The notes beneath the pieces were generated by a model, which saw nothing but the letters and a program-made list of their open reading frames with translations, did not search any database and was not told the DNA's origin. The position numbers and the translations under genes were made by a program. Below, one piece after another: positions 16,904 through 29,091 of a stretch of 41,171 nt of DNA. How positions within the stretch are numbered: the stretch's first letter is position 1; every line of letters begins with the position of its first letter. Origin of the DNA: an uncultured Prevotella sp. (GTDB lineage: Bacteria > Bacteroidota > Bacteroidia > Bacteroidales > Bacteroidaceae); assembly GCA_963551095.1 (NCBI GenBank), contig CAUVFB010000001.1, positions 1 to 41,171 on the forward strand, read 5' to 3'.

Positions 16904-19804
16904 ATGGAATACAACTTCGGAGAAATCGAGAAGAAATGGCAGCAGACATGGAAAGAACAAGCCACGTATCAGGTCGGGGAAGACACGAACCGGAAGAAGT
17001 TCTACGTCCTCAACATGTTCCCCTACCCCTCGGGAGCCGGCCTGCATGTCGGCCATCCGCTGGGCTATATCGCCAGCGACATCTACGCGCGCTACAAACG
17101 GCAGCAGGGCTACAACGTGCTCAACCCGATGGGCTACGATGCCTACGGACTGCCCGCCGAGCAGTATGCCATTCAGACAGGACAGCACCCGGCCATTACA
17201 ACCGAGCAGAACATCGCCCGCTACCGCAGCCAGCTCGACAAGATAGGCTTCTCGTTCGACTGGAGCCGCGAGATACGCACGTGCGACCCGAAATACTACC
17301 GCTGGACACAGTGGGCGTTCTGCCGCATGTTCGACTCCTTCTACGACAACCGCCTGCAGAAAGCACGACCCATCGCCGAGCTTGTCCGCCACTTCGAAGA
17401 GGAAGGCACACTCAACCTTGACGTAGCGCAGAGCGAGCAACAGATGTTCTCCGCACGCGACTGGATGAGCATGGACGAAAGCGAACAGCAGGCCGTGCTG
17501 ATGAACTACCGCATCGCCTATCTGGGCGAAACAATGGTCAACTGGTGTCCCGGACTGGGCACAGTGCTGGCCAACGACGAGGTGGTCGACGGCGTGAGCG
17601 AACGCGGCGGCTATCCCGTAGTGCAGAAGAAGATGAAGCAGTGGTGCCTGCGCGTGTCAGCCTATGCACAGCGGCTGCTCGACGGACTGGAAACGGTCGA
17701 CTGGTCGGACGCTATCAAGGAGACCCAGAAGAACTGGATCGGCCGCTCCGAAGGCGCAGAGATAGAATTCAAGACCCTCACCCCGGTCTCCACACAGGAC
17801 GGCGAAATGCGCGAAGGCCACCTTACCGTCTTCACCACACGGGCCGACACGATGTTCGGCGTAACCTTTATGGTGCTGGCACCCGAGAGCGAACTCGTTG
17901 CCCGACTTACGTCCCAAGCACAACAAGCAGCCGTCGACGACTACCTGGCCTACGTGAAGAAGCGCACCGAGCTGGAACGCATGTCCGACCGCAAGGTTAC
18001 AGGCGTGTTCTCGGGCTCGTACGGCGTGAATCCGCTGACGGGCGAACGGATTCCCATCTACATTGCCGAATACGTGCTGGCCGGCTACGGAACGGGCGCA
18101 ATTATGGCAGTCCCGGCACACGACAGCCGCGACTATGCGTTCGCCAAGCATTTCCGTCTGCCCATCATCCCCCTGATCGAAGGAGCTGATGTCAGCCAAG
18201 AGAGCTTCGATGCCAAAGAGGGAACCGTCGTCAACAGTCCGCGCGTCCCGAAAGAAGGCGGCTTCTCGCTCAACGGACTGACCGTCAAAGAAGCTATTGC
18301 CGCCACGAAGAAATATGTCGTTGCGAAAGGCATCGGACGCGTAACGGTAAACTACCGCCTGCGTGATGCCACTTTCTCGCGCCAGCGTTACTGGGGCGAA
18401 CCGTTCCCGGTTTACTACAAGAACGGCATGCCCTACACGATTCCGGAGGAGTGTCTGCCGCTGGAGCTGCCCGAGATAGACAAGTATGAGCCGACGGAAT
18501 CAGGCGAACCGCCACTGGGACGTGCCAAGATATGGGCTTGGAACGAAGCCGAAAAGAAGATTGCCGACAAGAACCGGATAGACCAACAGACCATCTTCCC
18601 GCTCGAACTGAACACGATGCCGGGCTTCGCCGGCAGCTCGGCGTATTATCTCCGCTATATGGACCCACACAACAACAGTGCGCTCGTCGGCAAGGAAGCC
18701 GACAACTACTGGCAGAACGTAGACCTCTACGTAGGCGGAACCGAGCACGCAACGGGGCACCTTATCTATAGTCGCTTTTGGAATAAGTTCCTCTGCGACT
18801 ACGGCTACAGCTGCCGGGAAGAACCCTATCAGAAGCTCGTCAATCAAGGAATGATACAGGGACGCTCCAACTTCGTCTACCGCATCAACTCTGATGACCA
18901 CAGCAAGGCTCCCGTCTTCGTCAGTCTGGGGCAGAAAGACAAGTATGACACTACGCCCATTCACGTCGATGTCAACATCGTTCATGCCGATCTGCTCGAC
19001 GTAGAAGCCTTCAAGGCGTGGCGACCGGAGTACAGCAATGCCGAGTTTATCTTCGAAGACGGCAGCCGCTCCTCAACCCCCGACGACGGGCAGCCGGCAC
19101 CGGGCATCTACAAATGCGGCTGGACAGTCGAGAAGATGTCGAAGTCGATGTTCAACGTCGTCAACCCCGATGTCATTGTAGAGCAGTACGGTGCCGATAC
19201 GCTCCGCCTTTACGAGATGTTCCTCGGGCCGGTCGAGGCCAGCAAACCTTGGGACACGAACGGAATAGACGGCTGCTTCCGCTTCCTGAAGAAGTTCTGG
19301 AAGCTCTTCCAGCAGCCGCTCAACGACAACGAACCGTCGAACGAGTCGCTCAAGAGCGTCCACAGGCTCATCAAGAAAGTAACGGGCGACATCGAACAGT
19401 TCTCGTACAACACGGCCATATCTGCCTTTATGATTTGCGTCAACGAGCTGGGACAGCAGAAGTGTGCCAACCGCACACTGCTCCGCCACTTGGTTGTGCT
19501 CATCGCACCGTTTGCCCCACACATTGCCGAGGAGCTTTGGCAGCAGCTCGGCAGTACATCGACCGTCTGCGACGCCTCATGGCCGAAATGGAACGAGGCT
19601 TACCTCGTCGAGAACGAGCTACAGCTGACCATCAGCTTCAACGGCAAGGCACGCTTCCAAATGACTTTCCCGGCCGATGCCGGCAAGGACGAAATAGAGA
19701 AAGCGGCACTGTCCGACGAGCGAAGCCAACGCTACATAGACGGAAAGACGATAGTCAAGGTTATCGTAGTTCCGAAGAAGATTGTCAACATCGTTTGTAA
19801 GTAA
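16904..19804 (+). CDS. leuS: Leucine--tRNA ligase
   Basis: [38 protein letters not shown]; start MEYNF at 16904, preceded by TACTTTTG at 16874-16881. Confidence 0.97.
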   Translation: MEYNFGEIEKKWQQTWKEQATYQVGEDTNRKKFYVLNMFPYPSGAGLHVGHPLGYIASDIYARYKRQQGYNVLNPMGYDAYGLPAEQYAIQTGQHPAITTEQNIARYRSQLDKIGFSFDWSREIRTCDPKYYRWTQWAFCRMFDSFYDNRLQKARPIAELVRHFEEEGTLNLDVAQSEQQMFSARDWMSMDESEQQAVLMNYRIAYLGETMVNWCPGLGTVLANDEVVDGVSERGGYPVVQKKMKQWCLRVSAYAQRLLDGLETVDWSDAIKETQKNWIGRSEGAEIEFKTLTPVSTQDGEMREGHLTVFTTRADTMFGVTFMVLAPESELVARLTSQAQQAAVDDYLAYVKKRTELERMSDRKVTGVFSGSYGVNPLTGERIPIYIAEYVLAGYGTGAIMAVPAHDSRDYAFAKHFRLPIIPLIEGADVSQESFDAKEGTVVNSPRVPKEGGFSLNGLTVKEAIAATKKYVVAKGIGRVTVNYRLRDATFSRQRYWGEPFPVYYKNGMPYTIPEECLPLELPEIDKYEPTESGEPPLGRAKIWAWNEAEKKIADKNRIDQQTIFPLELNTMPGFAGSSAYYLRYMDPHNNSALVGKEADNYWQNVDLYVGGTEHATGHLIYSRFWNKFLCDYGYSCREEPYQKLVNQGMIQGRSNFVYRINSDDHSKAPVFVSLGQKDKYDTTPIHVDVNIVHADLLDVEAFKAWRPEYSNAEFIFEDGSRSSTPDDGQPAPGIYKCGWTVEKMSKSMFNVVNPDVIVEQYGADTLRLYEMFLGPVEASKPWDTNGIDGCFRFLKKFWKLFQQPLNDNEPSNESLKSVHRLIKKVTGDIEQFSYNTAISAFMICVNELGQQKCANRTLLRHLVVLIAPFAPHIAEELWQQLGSTSTVCDASWPKWNEAYLVENELQLTISFNGKARFQMTFPADAGKDEIEKAALSDERSQRYIDGKTIVKVIVVPKKIVNIVCK

Positions 19805-19867
19805 GCACCCACCTCCCATGTCAGACCTCCCATAACGAGAGGTCCGGATTCATTCACTACGTTTCCA

Positions 19868-20866
19868 ATGACCATCAATCAACAGATTATCCGTGCCGAG
19901 GCCAAGGACTACGTCTTCCTGACTATCGGCCTGCTGATATATGCAGCGGCATTCACCATCTTCCTCCTTCCCTACGAGATCGTAACGGGCGGCGTAACGG
20001 GTCTGTCGGCCATCGTCATGTATGCCACGGGCTTCAAGATGGAGAATACCTACATGATTATCAACGTCTCACTGCTGCTGGTTGCCCTGCGCATCCTGGG
20101 ACTGAAGTTCATGATGAAGACCATCTACGCCATCTTTGCTCTCTACTTCATGCTGAAACTGGCTCAGCAACTGATGCCCGTTGATGCACACGGAGAGTTC
20201 GTAAAAGTCCTTGGCGAGGGACAGGACTTCATGTCGCTCATCATCGGATGCAGTCTAACGGGGACGGGACTGGCACTGATGTTCCTCAATAACGGCAGCA
20301 CGGGAGGCACAGACATCGTTGCCGCCTGCGTCAACAAGTATCGCGACATCTCGCTGGGTCAGGTGCTGATGGTGGTCGACATCCTTATCATCAGCAGTTG
20401 TCTGTTCTTCCCGCAGTTCGGCAGCATTGTAGAACGGCTCCACAAGATGGTGTTCGGCTACTGTACGATGTTCATTGAGTGCTTCATGCTCGACCATGTG
20501 ATGAACATGCGGCGCGAGTCGGTGCAGTTTATGATTTTCTCCTGGAAGCACAAGGAGGTGGCCAACGCCATCATGGAAGAAACCGATCACGCACTGACCA
20601 TCCTCGACGGGCACGGATGGTACACGGGCAACAAGATGAAAGTAATCTGTCTGCTCGCCAAGCGAAACGAGAGCAAGACGATATTCCGAATCATCAAGAT
20701 GACCGACCCGACGGCCTTTGTCAGCCAAAGTTCCGTCATCGGGGTCTACGGTGAAGGATTCGACCCGATAAAGGTCAAGATTAAGAAGAACAGAGACGCC
20801 CAATTGCCGCAGCCGACAATGGCGACCGACGAGGCAGAGGAGGACGAAGAGGAGGATCAAGAATGA
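19868..20866 (+). CDS. YitT family membrane protein (DUF161/DUF2179)
   Basis: [36 protein letters not shown]; acidic tail. Confidence 0.9.
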   Translation: MTINQQIIRAEAKDYVFLTIGLLIYAAAFTIFLLPYEIVTGGVTGLSAIVMYATGFKMENTYMIINVSLLLVALRILGLKFMMKTIYAIFALYFMLKLAQQLMPVDAHGEFVKVLGEGQDFMSLIIGCSLTGTGLALMFLNNGSTGGTDIVAACVNKYRDISLGQVLMVVDILIISSCLFFPQFGSIVERLHKMVFGYCTMFIECFMLDHVMNMRRESVQFMIFSWKHKEVANAIMEETDHALTILDGHGWYTGNKMKVICLLAKRNESKTIFRIIKMTDPTAFVSQSSVIGVYGEGFDPIKVKIKKNRDAQLPQPTMATDEAEEDEEEDQE

Positions 20867-21441
20867 AGATAGTTTTTGCTACCAACAACGCACATAAGCT
20901 CGCCGAGATAAGAGATATTCTCGGCAACAGTTTCGACATCGTGTCGCTGGCCGACATCCATTGCCACGAGGAGATTCCCGAGACGGGAGCCACGCTGGAA
21001 GAAAACGCCCGACAAAAGTCGGCCTTCATCGTAGGAAACTATCACCACGACTGTTTTGCCGACGATACGGGGCTGGAAGTAGAAGCCTTAAATGGCGAAC
21101 CGGGCGTACACTCAGCCCGCTACGCCGAGGGTACCGACCACGACAGCGAAGCCAATATGGCGAAACTGCTCCGCAAGCTGGGCGACAACAAGAATCGTCG
21201 GGCGCGGTTCCGCACCGTCATCTCACTGAATCTCGACGGTGAGGAGCACCAGTTCGAAGGGCGTGTCGACGGAACGATAGCCTATGAGCGGCAAGGCGAC
21301 GAAGGCTTCGGCTACGACCCGATATTCATTCCCGACGGCTACGACAAGAGCTTTGCAGAACTGGGCGAGGAGGTAAAGAATCGTATCTCGCATCGTGCCC
21401 GTGCCGTAGCAAGGCTTGTCGAGTTCCTGAAGAAGCGTTAG
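20863..21441 (+). CDS. rdgB: Non-canonical purine NTP pyrophosphatase (RdgB/HAM1)
   Basis: [35 protein letters not shown]. Confidence 0.96.
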   Translation: MKIVFATNNAHKLAEIRDILGNSFDIVSLADIHCHEEIPETGATLEENARQKSAFIVGNYHHDCFADDTGLEVEALNGEPGVHSARYAEGTDHDSEANMAKLLRKLGDNKNRRARFRTVISLNLDGEEHQFEGRVDGTIAYERQGDEGFGYDPIFIPDGYDKSFAELGEEVKNRISHRARAVARLVEFLKKR

Positions 21442-21503
21442 TTGTCAGCCCAGCATCCTTACTCGTAAGATGAATCTTCCGTGTTGATAAATGACTGGAG
21501 GCT

Positions 21504-21819
21504 TGCCGAGCTTTGGCAAACGTCAAAACAAAAGTTATGTTAACTGCCGAGCTTTGGCAAACGTCAAAACAAAAGTTGTGTTAACTGCCGAGCTTCGGCA
21601 AACGTCAAAACAAAAGTTATGTTAACCGCCGAGCTTCGGCAAGCGTCAAAACGAAAGTTGTGTTAACCGCCGAGCTTCGGCAAGCGTCAAAACGAAAGTT
21701 ATGTTAACTGCCGAGCTTCGGCAAGCGTCAAAACGAAAGTTGTGTTAACCGCCGAACTTCGGCAAACGTCAAAACGAAAGTTATGTTAACTGCCGAGCTT
21801 CCGCAAGCGTCAAAACAAA
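21504..21819. repeat. 41-bp tandem repeat, about 7.7 copies, each with a small hairpin
   Basis: Consensus YGCCGAGCTTYGGCAARCGTCAAAACRAAAGTTRTGTTAAC; units at 21504, 21545, 21586, 21627, 21668, 21709, 21750, 21791 (partial). Confidence 0.97.
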
Positions 21820-21857
21820 TGAGGGATTCGGGTTGAATCTCCAATAGGTCTATTCCA

Positions 21858-24515
21858 TTATCCGTTTACAATCTTCTTGATCTCGTTCAGCTTGTTGAGT
21901 GCCTCAACCGGAGTGAGGTTGTCAATATTCAGGCCCAGTATTTCGTCGCGAATCTGTGTCAAAACCGGGTCGTCGAGCTGGAAGAAAGAGAGCTGAACAC
22001 CTTCTCTACCACGCCCCAAACTCTCTACGGCAGGCTTTGCAGGGCTTCCCACGTGGCTGTTGTCGGCTTCCAACTCTTTCAGGACAGACTTGGCACGCTT
22101 GACGATAGACCGCGGCATGCCTGCTATCTCGGCTACGTGAATACCAAATGAATGCTCGCTGCCACCGCGTTCGAGCTTGCGCAGGAAAATAACCTTGCCG
22201 TCTACTTCTTTCACCGAAACATTGTAGTTGCAGATACGAGGGAAGAGTTTCTCCATTTCGTTCAGTTCGTGGTAGTGAGTGGCAAAGAGTGTGCGAGCCT
22301 GAGCGCGAGGTTGCTCGTGCAGATACTCCACTATCGCCCAGGCAATGCTGATACCGTCGTAGGTGCTGGTGCCTCGCCCGAGTTCGTCGAAGAGTACGAG
22401 CGAGCGTGGGGTAACGTTGTTGAGGATATCAGATGCCTCGGTCATTTCGACCATGAAGGTCGATTCGCCGAGCGAAATATTGTCGGATGCCCCCACGCGG
22501 GTGAATATCTTGTCGACCATACCAACGCGTGCACGCTCGGCCGGTACGAAACAACCCATTTGAGCCAGCAGGACGATGAGAGCAGTTTGGCGCAATAGTG
22601 CCGATTTACCAGCCATGTTGGGTCCCGTTATCATCATAATCTGCTGTTTTTCGCTGTCGAGACGTATGTCATTCGGGACGTATGGCTCGCCCATCGGCAA
22701 CTGCGTTTCGATGACGGGATGGCGTCCTTGCCGGATGTCTATTACGGATGAGTCGTCAACAGAGGGGCGGACGTAGTGGTTCTCCTCGGACACGGAGGCG
22801 AAAGAGAGCAGACAATCGAGATGGGCAATGAGGTTGGCATTGATCTGAATCTGCGGAATGAACTCCTGCATATCCTGTACCAGCTCGTTGAAGAGCTTAG
22901 CCTCGAGCAGGAGAATCTTTTCGTCGGCGCCGAGTATCTTCGACTCGTACTCCTTCAGTTCGGGGGTTATGTAGCGTTCGGCCTGTGCCAGGGTCTGTTT
23001 CCTTATCCAATCGGCCGGCACCTTGTCCTTAAACGTGTTGCGAACTTCGAGATAATAGCCGAATACGTTGTTGAAGCCAATCTTCAATGAGGTGATTCCT
23101 GTCTTCTGAATCTCCTGTTCCTGAATCTCGAGAAGATATTGCTTGCTGTTGTCGCGGATGGAACGGAGGTCGTCGAGTTCGGTATTGTAGCCTGATGTGA
23201 TCACGTCGCCCTTGGCCACCAGCTGAGGTGGGTCGGGCTTTATCTCTTTTTCTATGCGTTCACGCAGTGATTCGCAGAGGTTCATCTGTTCCCCAATTCG
23301 TTTCAGTGCGTCGTTCCGGGCATAGAGACAGGCGGTCTTGACGGGCTGTATGGCACGCAGAGCAGTCTTCAGTTGCACAACTTCGCGCGGTGATACACGC
23401 CCTGCAGCAGCCTTGGAGATGATACGCTCCAAGTCGCCCATGCGGTGAAACTGGTCGTTCAGACAGTTACGAAAGTCGGGTTCGCGGAAGAAATAGTCAA
23501 CAACATCCAGTCGCTCGTTAATGGGACGGGCATCCTTCAGCGGAAATATCACCCAGCGACGCAACATACGTCCGCCCATTGGGGTGATGGTGTGATCGAT
23601 AACGCTCAACAACGATGACCCGCCGTCCTGCATCGGAGCCACCAATTCCAGGGAACGGATGGTGAATCGATCCAGCCGCACGTACTTTTCCTCTTCAATA
23701 CGCGACAGCGACGTGATATGACTGATATGTGTGTGCTGCGTTAGTTCAAGGTACTGCATGATAGCACCGGCTGCCACCACGCCGTTGTGCAGATGGTCTA
23801 CGCCAAACCCTTTGAGGTTTTTCGTTCCGAAATGCTTGAGTAGCTTCTGCCGTGCCGTCTGTTCGGTAAACACCCAGTCGTCCATCTCGAACGTACAGAT
23901 TCTTGTTCCGAAGTGGAGTTCGAAGTCTTGCTTGCGCGAACGGTCATAAAGCACCTCCTTGGGAGAGAAGTTTCCGATGAGTTTCTCAACATAGTCGAAT
24001 GTTCCCTCACCCGTAAGAAACTCTCCGGTAGAGATGTCGAGGAAGCTGACACCGCACGAACCTTTTCCGAAATGAACAGAAGCGAGAAAGTTATTTTCCT
24101 TGTAGTTGAGCACATTGTCGCTCATCGCCACGCCCGGTGTAACAAGTTCGGTGATGCCGCGCTTCACCATCTTGTCCATAGCCGTCAGCCCTTTCTTTCC
24201 TTTTATCTCCTCTCGCTTCTTCTTGGGGTCTTCAAGCTGGTCGCAGATAGCCACTCGCTTTCCAGCACGTATCAGTTTCGGCAGATAGGTATCAAGTGCA
24301 TGGTGTGGGAAACCGGCCATCTCAGTGCTGCCCGCCGAACCGTTGTTTCGTTTCGTCAGTGTAATGCCGAGTATTCGTGCCGCTTCTATGGCATCATCAC
24401 AGTACGTCTCATAGAAGTCGCCACACCGAAAAAGCATCATTGCATCCGGGTGTTGTGCTTTCATGGAGAAGAACTGTTTCATCATCGGGGTCTGTCCCTT
24501 GTCGTCTTTTACCAT
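21858..24515 (-). CDS. mutS: DNA mismatch repair protein MutS
   Basis: [47 protein letters not shown]. Confidence 0.98.
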   Translation of the reverse strand: MVKDDKGQTPMMKQFFSMKAQHPDAMMLFRCGDFYETYCDDAIEAARILGITLTKRNNGSAGSTEMAGFPHHALDTYLPKLIRAGKRVAICDQLEDPKKKREEIKGKKGLTAMDKMVKRGITELVTPGVAMSDNVLNYKENNFLASVHFGKGSCGVSFLDISTGEFLTGEGTFDYVEKLIGNFSPKEVLYDRSRKQDFELHFGTRICTFEMDDWVFTEQTARQKLLKHFGTKNLKGFGVDHLHNGVVAAGAIMQYLELTQHTHISHITSLSRIEEEKYVRLDRFTIRSLELVAPMQDGGSSLLSVIDHTITPMGGRMLRRWVIFPLKDARPINERLDVVDYFFREPDFRNCLNDQFHRMGDLERIISKAAAGRVSPREVVQLKTALRAIQPVKTACLYARNDALKRIGEQMNLCESLRERIEKEIKPDPPQLVAKGDVITSGYNTELDDLRSIRDNSKQYLLEIQEQEIQKTGITSLKIGFNNVFGYYLEVRNTFKDKVPADWIRKQTLAQAERYITPELKEYESKILGADEKILLLEAKLFNELVQDMQEFIPQIQINANLIAHLDCLLSFASVSEENHYVRPSVDDSSVIDIRQGRHPVIETQLPMGEPYVPNDIRLDSEKQQIMMITGPNMAGKSALLRQTALIVLLAQMGCFVPAERARVGMVDKIFTRVGASDNISLGESTFMVEMTEASDILNNVTPRSLVLFDELGRGTSTYDGISIAWAIVEYLHEQPRAQARTLFATHYHELNEMEKLFPRICNYNVSVKEVDGKVIFLRKLERGGSEHSFGIHVAEIAGMPRSIVKRAKSVLKELEADNSHVGSPAKPAVESLGRGREGVQLSFFQLDDPVLTQIRDEILGLNIDNLTPVEALNKLNEIKKIVNG

Positions 24516-24587
24516 AGAGCTTGCTTCCTTTCCGTTTATTTATATGGGCTTTGTAAGCTGCAAAGAAATCACCGTGCCTCTCCCAGG

Positions 24588-25247
24588 CTACAACTTCTCA
24601 CCGTAGCAGAGGTCGCCGGCATCACCAAAACCGGGAACAATATACTGATGCTCGTTGAGTCCTTCGTCGATGGCTGCACACCAAATAGTGGTGGCACTGT
24701 CGGGAAAAGTCTTCCGGATATGGGCAATGCCTTCCGGAGAAGCAATCATACAGGCAACGTGGACGTGGCGGGGCGTTCCCTTAGAGAGAATGGCCTTATA
24801 GCCCAGTTCCATTGAACCGCCGGTGGCAAGCATCGGGTCGGCAATGATAAGCGTCTTGCCGTTGATATCGGGTGTAGCGAGATACTCTACATGGATGCCA
24901 ACCTCATGGTGGGCAGCGTCTTTATATTCCCGATAGGCACTGACAAAGGCATTGCCGGCATGATCGAAGATATTCAGGAATCCATTGTGGAACGGCAGAC
25001 CGGCACGGAATATCGTTGCCAGCACAATCTTGTCAATCGGGACATTCACCTTGGCAGTACCCAGGGGCGTAACGACATCGCGCTGCTCGTAATGAAGCGT
25101 CTTCGATATTTCAAAAGCTTCAAACTCGCCTATCCTCATAACGTTGTTACGGAAAAGAAGACGATTCTTCTGATAATCCTTATCGCGGATTTCTGCCAAA
25201 TACTGATTGATGATGGAGTGCTGCTCCGAGAAGTTAATGATTTTCAT
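24588..25247 (-). CDS. upp: Uracil phosphoribosyltransferase
   Basis: IFRAGL, DPMLATGGS, YIVPGFGDAGD; TACTTTTG on - at 25311-25318. Confidence 0.96.
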   Translation of the reverse strand: MKIINFSEQHSIINQYLAEIRDKDYQKNRLLFRNNVMRIGEFEAFEISKTLHYEQRDVVTPLGTAKVNVPIDKIVLATIFRAGLPFHNGFLNIFDHAGNAFVSAYREYKDAAHHEVGIHVEYLATPDINGKTLIIADPMLATGGSMELGYKAILSKGTPRHVHVACMIASPEGIAHIRKTFPDSATTIWCAAIDEGLNEHQYIVPGFGDAGDLCYGEKL

Positions 25248-25474
25248 TTTTTAGCCTTTAGATAGTCGAATATGCGCAGTCAACGCCTACCCTGTCTTGT
25301 AAAATTTCGACAAAAGTACGAAAACCCTCTAATTATTGCAACAATAGTCCATTAATTTTTGCGCTGTATCAACAGCGAATATGAATAGGTTGACTCGTGA
25401 TACAAGCGTTTGTCATATGCTTGTATAAAGTACCAGGTGAAAGGGGATTAATAAAGTTGAGAGAATCCCGTTCA

Positions 25475-27145
25475 TCAGTATTTGAACGATGAGCCGCCCA
25501 AGAACTCCCGCAGTAGAGAAGTTGGTGGAAGGTTGCGGAATGGCAGCGGAACGAAGTATTTGAGGAACTTGCGCAGGCGGTATGCCTCGGCGTACTCCTC
25601 ACAATTCTCCGGCACCTGTTCAAGTATGTCCTCGGCTTGGGGCTTGATTACTGCCAGTTCGAAGAGCATTGCGGTGTTGAACATTACATCGGCATTCTCC
25701 TGATAGGGGAATATCCACTTGTTTTCCCCGGCGCGCACAGATGGCCAGCGACGGATGGTTTCCTGTGCAGAGCAGCCCCGATACTTGTAGTCTCGGACGA
25801 TTCGGCGGAGCAGACGGTTATCGGTCGTGGGGATATAGTTGTGGTCGTCGAGCAGAATAGTGGTCAGTGCGGAGGCATAAATCTTGAATTTCAACTCATC
25901 GGGAAGCTGTGCTGTCAACATCGGATTGAGTGCATGGATGCCTTCTACCAACAGAATGTTGTTCCGACCAAGACGCAATTGCCTCCCGTTCTTCTCGCTT
26001 TTGCCAGTCTGGAAATTGTATTTCGGCAGCTCAACCTCCTCCCCTCGGAAGAGCGCGGCAAACTGCCGGTTGATCAACGGAATGTTCAACGCGTGTATAT
26101 TCTCGTAGTCATAATCGCCATTCTCATCCTTTGGCGTGTCGGCACGGTCGACAAAATAGTCGTCGAGCGATACTTGCACCGGGCGAATGCCACTTGCCAA
26201 AAGCTGTACCGAGAGGCGTTTACAGAAAGTTGTCTTTCCACTCGACGACGGACCGGCTATGAGTACCACCTTCACTTCGCTGCGTTCAGCTATCGTATCG
26301 GCTATTCTTGAAATCTTTTTCTCCTGCAAAGCCTCGCTGACATTGATGAGAACGGTAGCCAATCCCTTCCCCACTGCTTCGTTAAAGTCACCCACCGTGG
26401 TAACACCGAGGATGTTCTGCCAGCGATGATGTTCCTTGAATACCTCGAACATCTTGTCCTGTCGTATCACTTCGCCAAGCTTTTCGGGGTCATTCAACGA
26501 GGGAATACGCAGCAGAACACCGTCGTAATAAGGTTCCAAGCCGAAGAGACGAAGCTGCGAAGTATTGGTCAGCATCGCACCATAATAATAGTCTTTGTAG
26601 TCATCTATGACGTAGTAGGTCGTATAAAGCGCGCTACTGTTGCGCAGGAGCTTCGTCTTTGCCTTGTCGCCCAAGTCGGAAAACATTTTGATGGCTTCTT
26701 CCGTGGTAGTCTCAAACCGCTGTATAGGGAGGTGAGCATCAACTATTTCCTGCATTCGCTGACGTATGGAAGCCACGTCTTCAGGGGTTATTCCGTCGTG
26801 CGACAGCCCGAGTTGCAGGTTGCAATAGTAGCCGTTGGAGACGGGAATATCTATGATGACCTGACTGCCTGGGTACAAATCGTGGACTGCCTTACAGAGA
26901 ACGAAAAACAGCGAACGCGTATAAGTGCGTATACCCGACGGTGTTCGCAGGTCGAGAAACTCTACGTCTTTGTTGTGATAAACCCGGTAGCAGAGTCCTT
27001 CCACCTTGTTGTTCACTTTGGCTGCAACAGGTTCGTAGTCCATCGGGATATTATTCGATTCGAAAATATCAGAAAGTGTACTTCCGATTGGGGCTTCTAA
27101 GGTTTTTTTATTATTTTTGCAACGGATTTGTAATGCTTGTCTCAT
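25475..27145 (-). CDS. Nucleoside (uridine) kinase-family protein with N-terminal TGS/ThrRS-like region
   Basis: P-loop IAGPSSSGKTT, SLDDYF, EGIHALN, RLLRRIVRD; N-terminal AAKVNNKV TGS-like segment; start at 27145 or 27160. Confidence 0.85.
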   Translation of the reverse strand: MRQALQIRCKNNKKTLEAPIGSTLSDIFESNNIPMDYEPVAAKVNNKVEGLCYRVYHNKDVEFLDLRTPSGIRTYTRSLFFVLCKAVHDLYPGSQVIIDIPVSNGYYCNLQLGLSHDGITPEDVASIRQRMQEIVDAHLPIQRFETTTEEAIKMFSDLGDKAKTKLLRNSSALYTTYYVIDDYKDYYYGAMLTNTSQLRLFGLEPYYDGVLLRIPSLNDPEKLGEVIRQDKMFEVFKEHHRWQNILGVTTVGDFNEAVGKGLATVLINVSEALQEKKISRIADTIAERSEVKVVLIAGPSSSGKTTFCKRLSVQLLASGIRPVQVSLDDYFVDRADTPKDENGDYDYENIHALNIPLINRQFAALFRGEEVELPKYNFQTGKSEKNGRQLRLGRNNILLVEGIHALNPMLTAQLPDELKFKIYASALTTILLDDHNYIPTTDNRLLRRIVRDYKYRGCSAQETIRRWPSVRAGENKWIFPYQENADVMFNTAMLFELAVIKPQAEDILEQVPENCEEYAEAYRLRKFLKYFVPLPFRNLPPTSLLREFLGGSSFKY

Positions 27146-27265
27146 TCTTGTTACTATCATTGTTCGTTAGATGTTACATCCCTGTACATCGACGGGATTC
27201 GGAGGGTAAAGTTAGGGAAAGTCAGGCAGTCCAACAACAAAATGACATTATAAATCATCTCATTT

Positions 27266-28975
27266 ATGTCGATTTGGATATTTTTTAAGCTCATAGGCTC
27301 GCTCGCTCTTTTAATGTTCGGAATGAAATCAATGAGCGACAGTCTTCAGAAAATGGCCGGACCGCAGCTCAGACACGTGCTCGGAGCCATGACAACCAAT
27401 CGTTTCACAGGCATTCTTACTGGTACTTTCATCACGGCGGCCGTACAGTCGTCTACGGCAACTACGGTGATGACCGTCTCGTTTGTCAATGCCGGACTGC
27501 TGACACTGGCACAGGCCATCTCCGTTATTATGGGAGCCAACATCGGAACTACGCTTACAGCGTGGATTATGTCGGCCGGATTTACGTTCAACATCACCGA
27601 TTTCGTTTGGCCGGCGTTCATTATCGGCATCATTCTTATCTTCTCCAAGAAACGCCGACTCATAGGAGACTTCCTCTTCGGGGTCAGCTTTATGCTCCTC
27701 GGCTTGGGTACTTTGCGCCAGACCGGCATCGATATGGACTTGGCACACAACCAGCCCGTACTCAATTTCTTTTCTTCTTTCGACCCCAACAGCTTCCTGA
27801 CCACCATCACATTCCTGCTTATCGGTAGCATATTGACTATGTGCGTGCAAAGTTCGGCAGCCATTATGGCCATCACGATGATACTCTGCTCGACGGGTGT
27901 ACTGCCCATTTATCAAGGCATTGCCCTCGTTATGGGTGAGAATATCGGCACAACGGTAACGTCGAACCTGGCTGCACTCACTGCTAACACGCAGGCGCGG
28001 CGAGCTGCTCTGGCACATATGATGTTCAATGTGTTCGGTGTTTTATGGGTGCTCATCGTGTTCCGGCCTTTCGTCGATCTCATCTGCGGATGGGTAGGTT
28101 ATGATGTCTGCATGACGAAAGGTTCTGCGGGCTTCCTTGCCAACGCCGCCAAACTGAGCTTTGTATTGGCTGCTTTCCATACGACCTTCAATGTTTTGAA
28201 TACCTTTATCCTTGTCTGGTTCATCCCGCAGATGGAGAAACTCGTTACAATATGTATCAAACCGAAGGCCCGCAAAGACGAAGAAGACTTCCGATTACGG
28301 TTTATTCAGGCCGGCATTATGAAGACTCCAGAACTCTCGGTGCTCGAAGCCAGTAAGGAGATACAGTCGTTTGCCGACCGGCTCCAGCGCATGTTCGGCA
28401 TGGTACGCGAGCTGCTTACTACCAAGGATGAGGCTGCTTTCGTGAAGCTCTACACACGGATTGAGAAGTATGAAGGCATCTCTGACAACATGGAGATAGA
28501 GATTGCGAAGTATCTCGACGAAGTAAGCCATGCCCATCTGAGCGATGAAACGAAGAGCAAGGTGCGGGCGATGCTCCGTGAAATATCCGAACTGGAGAGC
28601 ATCGGCGACGCCTGCTACAACATAGCACGGACGGAAAACCGCCGCATCAAGGGCAAGGAAGAGTTTACCGAAGCGCAGTTAGACCACATACACCAGATGT
28701 TTGAATTGACCGACGATGCCCTCACGCAGATGAACAGCATCCTTGTCGGGCACAAGCATGACAACAATATCAACCGTTCGTTCAACATTGAGAACGAAAT
28801 CAACAATTACCGCAACCAGCTGCGCAGCCAGAACATCAACGATGTAAACGACCATAAGTACACCTACGCTATTGGTACGATGTATATGGACATCATTCAG
28901 GAGTGCGAAAAGCTGGGCGATTATGTCGTCAATGTGGTAGAAGCACGTATGGGCGTGCGGCAGCAGGAAATCTGA
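27266..28975 (+). CDS. Na+/Pi cotransporter with PhoU-like C-terminal domains
   Basis: Repeated QSS...G(A/E)NIGTT motifs; ELESIGD and CEKLGD helical repeats. Confidence 0.93.
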   Translation: MSIWIFFKLIGSLALLMFGMKSMSDSLQKMAGPQLRHVLGAMTTNRFTGILTGTFITAAVQSSTATTVMTVSFVNAGLLTLAQAISVIMGANIGTTLTAWIMSAGFTFNITDFVWPAFIIGIILIFSKKRRLIGDFLFGVSFMLLGLGTLRQTGIDMDLAHNQPVLNFFSSFDPNSFLTTITFLLIGSILTMCVQSSAAIMAITMILCSTGVLPIYQGIALVMGENIGTTVTSNLAALTANTQARRAALAHMMFNVFGVLWVLIVFRPFVDLICGWVGYDVCMTKGSAGFLANAAKLSFVLAAFHTTFNVLNTFILVWFIPQMEKLVTICIKPKARKDEEDFRLRFIQAGIMKTPELSVLEASKEIQSFADRLQRMFGMVRELLTTKDEAAFVKLYTRIEKYEGISDNMEIEIAKYLDEVSHAHLSDETKSKVRAMLREISELESIGDACYNIARTENRRIKGKEEFTEAQLDHIHQMFELTDDALTQMNSILVGHKHDNNINRSFNIENEINNYRNQLRSQNINDVNDHKYTYAIGTMYMDIIQECEKLGDYVVNVVEARMGVRQQEI

Positions 28976-29014
28976 TTGTGCGATCAAGCAGCACGCAGCA
29001 AGTATTCATCAACG

Positions 29015-29079
29015 GACGAAGAAGCCGCTTTCACGGTGTCAGACAGCCTTATTGACACTGCGAAGGCGGCTTCTTCGTC
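29015..29079. terminator. Long hairpin between convergent genes
   Basis: GACGAAGAAGCCGC / GCGGCTTCTTCGTC, perfect 14-bp outer stem that extends inward. Confidence 0.7.
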
Positions 29080-29091
29080 GGCACGTCTCCC

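Noticed and set aside
21534..21545. TTATGTTAA in the 41-bp unit resembles the XerD arm of dif
   Set aside because: No XerC-like arm at the 6-bp spacing; dif is normally single-copy near the terminus, while a parS site suggests origin proximity
21504..21819. CRISPR array
   Set aside because: Repeats are contiguous with no unique spacers, and no cas genes are present
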